The notes below the pieces were generated by a model. It was given only the letters and a program-made list of their open reading frames with translations. It had not been told where the DNA came from and did no database searches. A stretch of DNA of 64,000 bases, from contig CAVUWA010000002.1 of the NCBI GenBank assembly GCA_963744995.1, forward strand, positions 448,001 through 512,000. Reading direction: 5' to 3'. The DNA comes from Candidatus Eiseniibacteriota bacterium. GTDB taxonomy: Bacteria; Eisenbacteria; RBG-16-71-46. This document shows, one piece after another, positions 33,868 to 47,127 of this stretch (position 1 is the stretch's first letter; each line of letters starts with the position of its first letter). The position numbers were made by a program, and so were the translations under genes.

Positions 33868-34464
33868 TTGGCCGTCGCCACCGCGCACGTCGAAGAAGCG
33901 CATCACACCAGCACCGGTCTCAACAACCGCAAGATGGTGTTCTGGGCCTTCCTCGGCTCGGAATGCATGTTCTTCGGCTCGCTGATCGCCACCTATCTGG
34001 TCTACCGGGGCCGCGATGCCGTGGGGCCGCACCCGCACGAGATCTTCAGCATTCCGTTCACGACCGTGAGCGCGTTCGTACTGCTCATGAGCAGTCTCAC
34101 GATGGTGCTCGCACTGGCGTCGGTGCAGCAGGGCAAGCAGAACGGCGCCAGGCTGTGGATCGCCGTGACGGCGCTGCTCGGCATGACGTTCATCGCCGGT
34201 CAGGTCTACGAGTTCAGCGAGTTCTTCCACAAGGGACTGGCGCTGCAGACCAACCTGTTCGGCTGCTCGTTCTACGTCCTCACCGGATTCCACGGCACGC
34301 ACGTCACGGTCGGCGTCATCTGGCTCTGGAGCCTGTGGGCGATGGCGATGCGCGGCAAGTTGCCGCCGTCGCGCGCGCTCGACGTCGAAATCGCCGGGCT
34401 CTACTGGCATTTCGTCGACGTGGTCTGGATCGCGATCTTCACCCTGGTCTATCTGATTCAGTAG
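33868..34464 (+). CDS. ctaE: Cytochrome c oxidase subunit III
   Basis: FLGSECMFF, TGFHGTHV, YWHFVDVVW. Confidence 0.95.
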   Translation: MAVATAHVEEAHHTSTGLNNRKMVFWAFLGSECMFFGSLIATYLVYRGRDAVGPHPHEIFSIPFTTVSAFVLLMSSLTMVLALASVQQGKQNGARLWIAVTALLGMTFIAGQVYEFSEFFHKGLALQTNLFGCSFYVLTGFHGTHVTVGVIWLWSLWAMAMRGKLPPSRALDVEIAGLYWHFVDVVWIAIFTLVYLIQ

Positions 34465-34474
34465 GGAGGCAACG

Positions 34475-34786
34475 ATGTCGGATCACGCCCACGCGGTCGA
34501 GCACGCACATCCCGGGGCCAAGCAGTACGTCGGCATCGCGGTCGTACTCACGGTGATCACCGCCATCGAGGTCGCCGTGTTCTACATCCCGGAGCTGCAC
34601 TTCGCGCTGGTGCCGATCCTGCTCACCCTGTCGGCGCTCAAGTTCGGGCTGGTGGCGATGTTCTACATGCACCTCAAGTTCGACCATCGGCTGTTCAGCT
34701 GGCTGTTCGTGGTGCCGATGATGATCGCGATCGTGGTGATTCTCGCGCTGATGGCGCTGTTCGGGCACTTCGCACACGGCGCCTGA
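34475..34786 (+). CDS. Cytochrome c oxidase subunit IV family
   Basis: LTVITAIE, K..LV.MFYMHLKFD. Confidence 0.9.
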   Translation: MSDHAHAVEHAHPGAKQYVGIAVVLTVITAIEVAVFYIPELHFALVPILLTLSALKFGLVAMFYMHLKFDHRLFSWLFVVPMMIAIVVILALMALFGHFAHGA

Positions 34787-34928
34787 GGTCCGCGTCGCCT
34801 GCGCGCCGGCCCCGCCCTGCTGCGGGGCCGTCTTCATTTCGCGGGGATCCGCCGGCGTGGGGGCACGGGCCGGGGCGGGAGGGTGGCGTACGTGACGCGC
34901 GCGGCAAGCGCGGGTCCACCCAAGGGTC

Positions 34929-34957
34929 GAGCCCCGGGAGCAAGGCTCCCGGGGCTC
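34929..34957. terminator. 13-bp perfect hairpin between the convergent cox operon and tRNA
   Basis: GAGCCCCGGGAGC-AAG-GCTCCCGGGGCTC, 4 nt past the tRNA CCA; no U-tract. Confidence 0.6.
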
Positions 34958-34961
34958 CAAT

Positions 34962-35038
<77 letters not shown>

Positions 35039-35049
35039 GCAACAAAGCC

Positions 35050-35079
35050 AAGATAGGGCCGGGGGCGCGAAACTGTCAA
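35050..35079 (-). promoter_or_regulatory. sigma70 promoter of the tRNA-fMet gene
   Basis: Minus strand TTGACA-N18-TATCTT. Confidence 0.7.
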
Positions 35080-35225
35080 GGCGAGGGGGCCCCGGGGTGG
35101 CGCCGGGATCACGCCCCAACCCCAACGGAAGGCGACGGTTGCGCGGTCGGCGGCGGGCCGCTAGTATCCCCGACTCCTGACCGGGCTACGGACTCCGAAC
35201 AGAATCCTATCGCTGGAGGTTTGCG

Positions 35226-35990
35226 TTGAACCGCATCCGGCTCGCCGCGCTGGCGGCGTGCGCATTCGCCGTGCTGTTCGCGCCCGCGCGCGACGCGCAC
35301 GCGGCCGCCGAAGTGCACAACTTCAACCTCGTGCTGTCCGCGGTCCCTTCCTCGGTGACGACCGGCGGCTTCAACGATCTCATCGACCAGTACAACCGTT
35401 TCATCCTCAATCCCCGCGACTACAACAGCCTCGACGAGATCAGCTTCGCCTGGCTGTTCGAGGGCGAGTTGCGCTACTTCGTGCGCCAGAACGTCGCCCT
35501 GACCGCGGGCGTCGGGCAGCTGAAAACGCAGTCCAAGCGCGAGTACCTGCCGCTCATCAATCAGACCATCGACGTCCGCGCCGAAATCATCTCGGTGCCG
35601 GTCCACGTCGGCGCCGACTACTACTTCGCACCCTACAACCAGGGCGATTTCCAGGCGCGCGCGTATCTCGGCGGCGGCATCCTCAGCAACGTCTTCTCGC
35701 GGGCGACGTTTCAGCAGATGGAGATCAACACGACGCCGGCGACCTCGATCGGCGGCTCGTTCATCGTGCGCGGCACGCGCGACAGCCCGGGTTTCTACGT
35801 CGAAACCGGCGTGCACATGTTCTTCGCTTCGAGCTGGTCGGTGATGGTCGGTGGCGTGTTCCGCAGCGCGAAGATCGAGACGATCGTCGATCAGGAGACG
35901 GGCGAACCGCTGACCGATCTGCTGGGCGGCAGGATCGACCTCGACATGAGCGGTGCCGGCGTGCGGCTGGGAGTGGCCAAGGGGTTCTGA
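35226..35990 (+). CDS. Outer-membrane beta-barrel protein
   Basis: Signal peptide (AHA), amphipathic strands, C-terminal Phe; GGAGG RBS. Confidence 0.75.
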   Translation: MNRIRLAALAACAFAVLFAPARDAHAAAEVHNFNLVLSAVPSSVTTGGFNDLIDQYNRFILNPRDYNSLDEISFAWLFEGELRYFVRQNVALTAGVGQLKTQSKREYLPLINQTIDVRAEIISVPVHVGADYYFAPYNQGDFQARAYLGGGILSNVFSRATFQQMEINTTPATSIGGSFIVRGTRDSPGFYVETGVHMFFASSWSVMVGGVFRSAKIETIVDQETGEPLTDLLGGRIDLDMSGAGVRLGVAKGF

Positions 35991-36101
35991 GCGGCGCCGG
36001 CACGCGGCGCCGGGGACGGGCCGGAGCGGCTCGGGCTGCGGCCCGTCTTCATTCCGGCAGCGCGTCGTCCTGCGGCTCGGGTTCGCCGAGCCGCTGCCGC
36101 T

Positions 36102-36464
36102 TCAGTGGCCCAGGCTGTCGGCCGGCACGTCGCGGATCTGGTAGATGATCTCGCCGGGCGCCGCCATGCCGTTCTTCTCCCGCAGCGCCTGCTCCGCCCG
36201 CATGCGCTGGGCGGCCGGATCGCGGCTCTCTTCCTCCATCTGCAGGCGCTCGCGCCGCGCGACCACCAGCTCCGCAGTGTCGCGCCGCTGCAACTGTTCG
36301 AGCTTCCAGATCCGGTACATGCTGTGGTCGCTGATGAAACCCGCATAGATCACCCATGCGGCGCCGACCAGCCAGATCCACTTGAAGTGGCGGCGTACGG
36401 GGTCGTCGGGCGGGGCGTAGCGGGAGAGCCGGTAGCGTTTCAGACGGCGGCTGATGTCGCGCAT
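36102..36464 (-). CDS. ftsB: FtsB/DivIC septum formation initiator
   Basis: TM + coiled coil + RE..GM..PGEIIY; conserved position after eno. Confidence 0.8.
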   Translation of the reverse strand: MRDISRRLKRYRLSRYAPPDDPVRRHFKWIWLVGAAWVIYAGFISDHSMYRIWKLEQLQRRDTAELVVARRERLQMEEESRDPAAQRMRAEQALREKNGMAAPGEIIYQIRDVPADSLGH

Positions 36465-36600
36465 GACGAACGTCCCTGTTCGGCGCCGGCGCAGCGCGCC
36501 GGGAAGGGGCCGTGGGGCCCGATGTCACGACGGGTCCGCATCCTGCAGACCCCGGACCGGATCCGGTTCTATCGGATCGCGCGAATGGCTGCGCTGCCCT

Positions 36601-38476
<1,876 letters not shown>

Positions 38477-38495
38477 ATAACGACCGAGGGTTGCG

Positions 38496-39065
38496 GTGAT
38501 CCACGACGACGCTGAAACCCTGCGCAGGTGCCGGGAGGGCGACGAGCAGGCGTACCGCGAAATCGTCGAACGGTACCAGCGTCAGGTCTACTCGCTGGCG
38601 ATGCGCATGGTACGGAGCTCGGAGGACGCCGAGGACCTCACGCAGGACACGTTCGTGAGGATGTTCAAGGCGATCGACCGCTACGATCCGGAACGGCCGT
38701 TCGCGGCGTGGTTGATGACGATCGCGTCGCGCCTGTGCATCGATCACATCCGGCGGCGCAAGGTGCGGCCGTTGCCGCTGGTTCGCCAGGAGATGGGGAC
38801 GCACGAGGAGCAGACGATCGACGTGGAGGATCCGGGGTTGCAACCGGACGAGATCACGTCGCATCGAGAGGAAGAGCAGCAGGCGCAGTCGCTGATCGAT
38901 TCGCTGCCGCCGCACTATCGGATCGTCGTGGTGTTGCGCCATCAGCAGGATCTGTCGTACGAGGAAATCGCGCAGAGTCTGGATCTGCCGATCGGCACCG
39001 TGAAAGCGCGCATCCATCGCGCGCGGGCGCTCCTCCGGGAGCGCATCGAGGGACGGACATCGTGA
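38496..39065 (+). CDS. ECF sigma-70 factor (SigW-like)
   Basis: DAEDLTQDTF, F.AWL.TIA..LCIDH.RR, LSYEEIA..L..P.GTVK.RIHRAR. Confidence 0.94.
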   Translation: MIHDDAETLRRCREGDEQAYREIVERYQRQVYSLAMRMVRSSEDAEDLTQDTFVRMFKAIDRYDPERPFAAWLMTIASRLCIDHIRRRKVRPLPLVRQEMGTHEEQTIDVEDPGLQPDEITSHREEEQQAQSLIDSLPPHYRIVVVLRHQQDLSYEEIAQSLDLPIGTVKARIHRARALLRERIEGRTS

Positions 39066-39685
39066 ACCGCTGCAACGAAGCATTCGACTTCCAGGCGTAC
39101 CTCGACGGCGAGCTGCCCGCGCCGGAGATTCTCCGGCTCGAGCGGCACACCGATCAATGCGCCTCCTGTGCGGCCGAGCTGGCGATCGTGCGCCGGGTGT
39201 TCGCGACCCTCGACGCGCTGCCGCTGCTCGATCCCGGCCCGCGGCTCACCGAGCGCGTGCTCGAGAAGGTCGTCCCTTCACGGGTGCGCCGCCGCTGGAT
39301 GCAGGTCGTCGGCTGGTCGTATGCGGCGGCGTTCGTGGCGTTCCTCGCCGGCGCGATGCTGTGGATCGCGCAGCCGGGGACGCAGGAGCTGCTCGGCGCG
39401 GCGTCGAGTGCGGCGTCAGTGCGGCTCACCGGGCTTCTGGTGTTCGTGCTCGAGAGCCTCGCCTTCGCCGCGCACGTCGTCGCCAGCGCCTGGGGCCTCG
39501 GGTCCGCGGCGCTCGAGTGGCTCGCGCCGCTCGGACGCGCGTTCATCCCGCTGATGTCGCATCCGTCGGTCCGCATCGCCGTTCCGGCCGCGGGGCTCGC
39601 GGCGGCCGCGGTGCTGTGGTGGATGCACGCGCGCGAGTCGCGCGAGAAGGGTGGCTCGAATCATGTGGCCATTCTCGGCGGCTGA
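39062..39685 (+). CDS. Zinc-finger (zf-HC2/ZAS) membrane anti-sigma factor
   Basis: YLDGEL...HTDQCASC (HxxxCxxC) followed by TM helices; GTGA overlap with sigma gene. Confidence 0.88.
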   Translation: MNRCNEAFDFQAYLDGELPAPEILRLERHTDQCASCAAELAIVRRVFATLDALPLLDPGPRLTERVLEKVVPSRVRRRWMQVVGWSYAAAFVAFLAGAMLWIAQPGTQELLGAASSAASVRLTGLLVFVLESLAFAAHVVASAWGLGSAALEWLAPLGRAFIPLMSHPSVRIAVPAAGLAAAAVLWWMHARESREKGGSNHVAILGG

Positions 39686-40871
39686 GACGGGGTGCGCGCG
39701 CGTCCCGGACCGGGTCGTGCGCGTCGGCGGGCTGGTGCTCGCGACCGCCGTGCTGCTCGCACCATTCGGGTCCGGTGCGGCCCGCGCCGCGGCGCCGCCC
39801 GACACCGGGCGGGTGGTCGGCGGCGTGCGCGTGACCGACGACGGCATCGAGATCTTCGAGCCCGGCCGCGCGCCCGCAGCCGGGCCCGCCAGGCGCACCC
39901 ATGCCCACGATGACACCGATGCCGACGACGTCCGCATTTCGCTCGGCTCGAGGGACCTCGTGCGCGTGAACGGCCCGATCGTCGTCGACTCGGACGAGAA
40001 CGGTCTCGTGCGCGTGTTCGCGGACGCTGAAGTGCCGGCCGGGCGCTCGATCGACGGGGACGTCGTGGCGGTGTTCGGCAACGCGCGCGTGGACGGCGAG
40101 GTCTCCGGAAGCGTCGTGTCGGTGCTCGGCTCGGTGAGCCTGGGCCGCGGCGCCACGGTGTCGGGGGACGCGGTCGCGGTCGGCGGGCGGCTCGATCTCG
40201 AGCCGGGCGCGACCGTCCACGGCGAGAGCGTCACGGTGGGCTTCATGCCGGTCGCGTGGGGCATGCCCACGCTGCAGTTCCTGCTGCTCACGATCGCCTC
40301 CGCAATCGCGATGACGCTGCTCGTCGGCGCTCTGCTGTTCCTGATTCTCGACCGGCGCATGCGCCGCACCGCGATCACGGTCACGCACCGCACCGGCAGT
40401 TCCCTGCTCATCGGGCTGGTCTCGCCGCCGCTGGTCATCATCTCGATCGGCCTGTTGTGCATCACGGTGATCGGAATCCCCGGCGCCGCCCTGCTGCCGC
40501 TCCTCTACGGGATCCTGCTCTTCGCGGGGCACGTCGTGGCCTCCTACGTGCTCGGCTGCAAGCTGACCGGCCGCGAGACGGGCCAGGGCGGCGCGATGCT
40601 GCCGCTGCTCGTGGGCTCGGTGTTCGTGGCGATGTTCTTCGTGGTCGGCACGTTCATGGCGATCCAGCCGGGCTGGACCCGCTCGGCCGCGCTGTTCTTC
40701 AGCTGTGCGGGCGTGCTCCTCGTCATGGTGCTGGCGATCGTCGGCAGCGGAGCGATCCTGGTCTCGCGATTCGGCACCCGGCCCGAGGATCCGCCGCCGG
40801 GCGACGCGGCCCCGGCGCCGACGGCGCCGTCCGGGCCGGCCGCCGCGCCGCTGTCCTCCAGCGTCTCCTGA
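39663..40871 (+). CDS. Membrane protein with polymer-forming (bactofilin-like) beta-helix
   Basis: IDGDVVAVFG..VDGEVSGSVVSVLG..VSGDAVAVGG repeats followed by multiple TM segments. Confidence 0.75.
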   Translation: MWPFSAAETGCARVPDRVVRVGGLVLATAVLLAPFGSGAARAAAPPDTGRVVGGVRVTDDGIEIFEPGRAPAAGPARRTHAHDDTDADDVRISLGSRDLVRVNGPIVVDSDENGLVRVFADAEVPAGRSIDGDVVAVFGNARVDGEVSGSVVSVLGSVSLGRGATVSGDAVAVGGRLDLEPGATVHGESVTVGFMPVAWGMPTLQFLLLTIASAIAMTLLVGALLFLILDRRMRRTAITVTHRTGSSLLIGLVSPPLVIISIGLLCITVIGIPGAALLPLLYGILLFAGHVVASYVLGCKLTGRETGQGGAMLPLLVGSVFVAMFFVVGTFMAIQPGWTRSAALFFSCAGVLLVMVLAIVGSGAILVSRFGTRPEDPPPGDAAPAPTAPSGPAAAPLSSSVS

Positions 40872-41059
40872 CCTCGCCTTCCCCTCCGGGGCGTGCGGGG
40901 AACCTCACCCAGCGCGATCGGGAGCGATGGGTGTGAAGCCCCGAATGACCCCCTGCGGAGCCCCGTGGCGGGCCCCTGTGCGGATCGCAATGCGCGTCCA
41001 AGGCGCTGACACGTAACGCCTTGTGGTCTCGGCCGCGGCCGCGCCGCGCGGCGCCCGCG

Positions 41060-41074
41060 TGGCACGATCGTGGC
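41060..41074 (+). promoter_or_regulatory. Putative sigma54 -24/-12 promoter
   Basis: TGGCACGATCGTGGC (GG-N10-GC); IHF-like TAACGCCTTG at 41014; implies a very short leader. Confidence 0.4.
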
Positions 41075-41088
41075 GATGAGGAAAGGGC

Positions 41089-42114
41089 ATGAAGCCACTT
41101 TCCTTCATCCGCCGCACGCTCATCGGGCTCCTCGGGACCGCCCTCGGCATGGTGCTGCTGGTGGTCGCCGGTCACGCCGACGAGGTCACCGGCGCGGCGC
41201 TGCGCCCGGCACAGCCGGCGATCGTGATCCACCCCGCCTCCCTGACCGAGCGTGACTACTGCCGGGTCGACGCCGAGGGACGCACCTGGCTCGAACTGCC
41301 GAACGGCGAGCGTTTCGAGCTGATCACCTCGGTGGACGATCCGGCGATCATCAACAAGGGCGACGGGTCGTTCCACCCGTTCGATGACCGCGTCGTCCGG
41401 GCGGCCATCGACGGCCTGCAGTATCCGCTCGGCGGGGTGAGCGTCGAGATCTTCATCCTTCCGTATCCGCGTCGCGGCGGTCTCGAGTCCGCGGCGGCTC
41501 CGGGGCTGATCTTCCTCTCGCCCGGCGTGCGCGACCTGTCGATCGACCAGCAGCATGCCGAGACCGTCCACGAGATCGGGCACGTCGTTCAGTACGCGCT
41601 CATGCCGGACATCGATCGCGCGAGCTGGGACACCTACCGTTCGCTGCGCGGCATCGACGATACCCAGATCTACTGGAGCGGGGCGGCGCACTCGAACCGC
41701 CCGCACGAAATCTTCGCGGAAGACTTCCGCGCACTGTTCGGTGATGCGCCGGCGAACTACTCGGGCACGATCGAGAACGCGTCGCTCGCGTATCCGACGC
41801 AGGTCTCGGGCCTGGCGAGCTTCATGCTCAGGCTCGCCGGCGGCACGCCGCGCTCGATCGCGCTGACGGCGTGGCCGAATCCCAGTCGCGGCGCGGTCAC
41901 CTTCAGCCGCTCGGGGACGGCGCCCTCGATGCTCGACCTGTTCGACGCCCAGGGGCGTCGCGTCGCGACGGTCGCGCCGGCCGCCGGCCCTGCCGGCATC
42001 CGGTGGGCGTGGGACGGCCGTGACACCGCCGGCCGCCGCGTCGAGCCCGGCGTGCTGTTCGCGCGCGCGCGCGACCCGGAGAGCCGCACGCTGCGCGTCA
42101 CGCTGCTGCCCTGA
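41089..42114 (+). CDS. Secreted zincin-like protein with C-terminal FlgD-Ig/T9SS-type sorting domain
   Basis: Signal peptide; HEIGH + EIFAE; WPNP..FDAQGRRV..WDGRD..G....PGV. Confidence 0.75.
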   Translation: MKPLSFIRRTLIGLLGTALGMVLLVVAGHADEVTGAALRPAQPAIVIHPASLTERDYCRVDAEGRTWLELPNGERFELITSVDDPAIINKGDGSFHPFDDRVVRAAIDGLQYPLGGVSVEIFILPYPRRGGLESAAAPGLIFLSPGVRDLSIDQQHAETVHEIGHVVQYALMPDIDRASWDTYRSLRGIDDTQIYWSGAAHSNRPHEIFAEDFRALFGDAPANYSGTIENASLAYPTQVSGLASFMLRLAGGTPRSIALTAWPNPSRGAVTFSRSGTAPSMLDLFDAQGRRVATVAPAAGPAGIRWAWDGRDTAGRRVEPGVLFARARDPESRTLRVTLLP

Positions 42115-42124
42115 GCTTCGCCGC

Positions 42125-42805
42125 TCACGGCGATGGGTGCAGCTCCTCGAGCATGAAATCCGGCGACACCGCCCGCGCCTGCTCGTCACCGAACCCCGAG
42201 AAGTTGCGGACCGCGTCGAACACGGCGCGCGGCAGCGCGGTAATGAAGCCGAAGCTCGACCTGCGACCGCTTTCGACCTCGCCGGAGAGCCAGCCCTCGA
42301 CCTCCTCCACGTCCTCGACGCTCAGCGGTCGCAGCGTGGCGGTCACTACCACGTAGTAACGCGGCCCCGGTTTCAGCTCGTTCTCGCGCGCAACCGGCAG
42401 CGAGATCGAGCGCGCCAGCGCGATGCGCACCGAATCGAGCGAGGCGTAGACGCGCGGCGGCGCGTTGGCACGCTCGACGCGATAGTCCTTGCCGGCGACC
42501 TGGTAGCGGATCCGGATCGAGCCTTCGAACGTCCGCTCGACGCGGTCGAACCATGCGGTGCGCCGGCGCCACAACTCGGCGCGCAGCTGCAGCGTCGCCG
42601 GCATGCCGCGCTCGAGGCTCTCGGCTGCGCGGCCGTCGAACAGATCGTCCACGCGTACGTCGGCCCACACGTAGCCGTCGTCGGCGTGCGGGGCGCCGAG
42701 GCCGATTTCGAACGCGTGCGCCTGCGCCGCGAGCCCCGGCGCCCAGGCGCAGAGCAGAACGGCCGACGCGGCGGCGAGGGAGCGGAGACGGAGGCGGGCG
42801 CGCAC
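42125..42805 (-). CDS. DUF4390 domain protein
   Basis: Signal peptide (AHA); SLERGMPATL...LWRRRTAWFD..I.Y; in operon with ntrY/ntrX-like genes. Confidence 0.7.
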   Translation of the reverse strand: MRARLRLRSLAAASAVLLCAWAPGLAAQAHAFEIGLGAPHADDGYVWADVRVDDLFDGRAAESLERGMPATLQLRAELWRRRTAWFDRVERTFEGSIRIRYQVAGKDYRVERANAPPRVYASLDSVRIALARSISLPVARENELKPGPRYYVVVTATLRPLSVEDVEEVEGWLSGEVESGRRSSFGFITALPRAVFDAVRNFSGFGDEQARAVSPDFMLEELHPSP

Positions 42806-42816
42806 GGGAGGTCCGC

Positions 42817-44177
42817 TCAGAACGGCCGCTGCAGTCGCAGACTGACGAGGAAGTTGCCGTCGCGCTGCACCAGATCGCGCGCGAAATAGACGCGCATCCG
42901 GTCCTCGGAGACCGAAAGGCCGAAGCCGGCGTCCGTCTGGATGTGCTGGCGGCCGATGTCCCAGCGCTCGGGGCTCGTCCAGGCGCGCCCGGTGTCGATG
43001 AACACGATCGCCTGCAGCGCTCCCTGCCAGCCGCCGCGCGCGATGCGGCCGACCTCGACCTGATATTCGGCCTGAGCGAGGAGCATCTGATCGCCGCGGA
43101 AGCGTGCGAACGGCTGCGCGCGCAGGCCGTCGACGCCGCCCACCGTGAACTCCTTCTGCCGCGGCAGCGTGCCGCGCGGGGTGTGGCCGCCGACCATGCG
43201 CAGCGCGAGCGTGGACACCGGCGTGAGCCGCAGCACGCTGCGCACGTCGGCGAGCAGCCGCGTGTAGGTGAAGTCGCCGCCGAGGCCCTGGCCCGCCCAC
43301 TCGCACTCGATCCAGTGGTAGACCCCTGCGCGGGTGCGGTGGGTGCGATGGGCGAGGCGCTCGAGTCGCACCGCCACGGTCGTGGCACGGCCGTCGTCGA
43401 TCGCCGGATTGTCACGCAGTTCGCGCGAGCGGTTCAGCCAGCTCACGGTGTTGAGATACGCGCGCAACGAGCGGTAGTCGTCGGTGCGCCAGTGCAGACT
43501 CACGGTCGAGAAGTCCGGCACGCGCCACGACAGATAGGTGCCGAAGCCCTCGCGCTCGAAATAGTCGCGGTAGTCCTGGCGGCCGAACAGCAGGGCGAGG
43601 CTGTTTTCCACGTCGTCCACCTGCTGCAGCTCGCTGTGATCGGTGCGCCGTACCATCGAGACGCCGAGCGCGAGCCGCCCGGGCGGGGCGAGCGGCTGCT
43701 CGATCTGGACGCCGTAGAGCACCCGCCTGCGATCGGTGGCGTACTCGAGCCGCGTGCCGAGCCGCGGCGCCATCGTGGTCGGGTTCTGCACTTCGGCGCC
43801 CAGTCCGATCGAAATCCGGTCGACGCGGTTGTAGGCGAGACGCAGGCGCGCCGCGCCGTGCTCGCCGAGGCTCCAGTGCGAGGCCCGCGAACTGGCCCAG
43901 ACGTCCGGGTCGGTCAGCAGGCCCTCGCCGAACGGGGTACGCAGCCACACGTCTTCGCGTGAGATCTGCATCTCGGCTTCCGGCCGCGGCTCGGAGTCCT
44001 CGATCACCGGCGCGAGCCGGATGCGCTCCTCGAGGCTCGGCGGCGGCGGCTCGGAGTCGGCCTCGCCGGCGTGCGCCCGCGCGGGGCAGGCGAGCGCGAG
44101 CGCCGCGAGGAGCGTGCCCGCCGCGGCGTGACCGACACGGCGGCGGGGGGGCCCGGCGCCGCGACGCGGGCCCGCCC

Positions 44178-44181
<4 letters not shown>
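42817..44181 (-). CDS. BamA/TamA (Omp85)-like outer-membrane barrel
   Basis: YNRVD, DYRDYF, VGG..GLRA, AEY, FIDTG.AW, C-terminal Phe. Confidence 0.75.
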
Positions 44182-45562
<1,381 letters not shown>

Positions 45563-45566
<4 letters not shown>

Positions 45567-47113
45567 GGATTCCGTTCCTTCGTGCCGGGTCCGGTCGCCG
45601 CACCCGGTGCGAGCGGCACCGCGAGCCACGCCCGGGCGCCGCCTTCCGCCTGGTTCTCGATGCCTGCGGCGCCGTCGTGCTGAGCGGCGACGTCGCGCAC
45701 CAGCGACAGACCGAGCCCGCTGCCGCGGTTCTTCGTGCTCACGTAGGGATCGAAGATCGTTTCGATCAGGTCCGCCGGCACGCCGGCCCCGAGATCGAAC
45801 ACCTCGAACACCGCGCGACCCCCGTCGGCCCGCGTGCAGGCGCGCACCGTCGATCCCTCGGGACTCGCCTCGCAGGCGTTCAGGAGCAGATTGTGAATCG
45901 CCCGGGAAAGTAGCAGAGAATCGCCGCGGATCGGCAGCGCCGGCCCCGGCTCGAAGGTCACCGAGACGCGTTCGTGCTCGTGCATGCGCCCGGCGGCGCG
46001 AGCGACTTCGGTGAGGTCGAGCGGCTCCATGTTCGGCTCCGGCATTTTCGCGTAGCGCGAGAACTGGTCGGCGAGCCGGGTGATCTGGTAGATGCCGTCG
46101 TCGATCGACTCGAGGCTTTCCTCGTAGACCGCGCGGTGCTCGGGCGCCATCGCCTCGGCGCGGCGCCGCAGGCGGTAGAGCGAGAGCGACATCGGGTTCA
46201 GGATGTTCTTGAACTCGTGCGCCAGCCGCCGTGCGACCTCGCGCCAGGTGGCCTCACGCTCGGCCAGCTGCAGTTTGTCGCGCGCCGTCGACAGGTTGCC
46301 GGCCATCGTGTTGAATCCCTCGCCGAGCGTGCGCAGCTCGCGCGCCCCGGCCGGTTCGACGCGCACGCCCAGGTCGCCGCCCGCGGCGCGCTCCATGGCC
46401 ACGGCCAGGTCGGCGAGCGGCTGCGACATCTGCCGCGCGAGCCGGTGGGCGATCACCAGCGCCAGCCCGGCGAGCAGCATGCCGAGCAGCGCGACCAGCA
46501 GCCAGACGTAGCGCCGCTGCACGTCCACCACGACTCCGAGCTGGCGGTAGTAACCGAGCGCCTCGCCGACGCTGTCCATGTCGGCGAAGAACGTGGGCGG
46601 GACCCAGATCGCCGCGGCGAGCGCGTCGTCGGCGCCGAGCGACGCCACGGCGGCGAGCGCGCCCTTTCCCGAGCGGATCACGCGGGTCGAGAGCAGGGCC
46701 GGCTCGATCGTCGCGCTGAAGTCGAACACCTCGGGCAGCAGGATCCCCTCGGGCGTCACCTGGTCGACCATGCGCCAGCCCGCGGGCTCACGGCGATAGA
46801 ACTGGATCACGTCGATGCCGCTGCCCTTGAGCAGCGCCGCCGCCACCTCGCGCCGCCTGGCATCCGAGGCGTGGCCGCCCGGCCCGCCGAGGCGCGTCGC
46901 GCATTCGTCGGCCGCGGCGAGCACGCTGGTCTCGAGGCGGGTCAGCGCGGACTTCGTCGCCTCGACGCCGGAATCGAGTGCGCGGTCCACCCCGGGGCGG
47001 AACCAGCGGTCCGTGGCGCGGCCCAGCTGGTCGAGCGTGAAGGCGGTGAAGACGACCGTGGGCAGCAGCGCCAGCGCCATGAGCGCGAGGACGAGGCGAG
47101 CGCGCAGCGACAC
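45563..47113 (-). CDS. HAMP sensor histidine kinase (NtrY-like)
   Basis: WREVARRLAHEFKN, NLL.NA, D.G.G, PYVSTK..GSGLGL. Confidence 0.92.
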
Positions 47114-47127
47114 CGGGGCGCTCGCCG

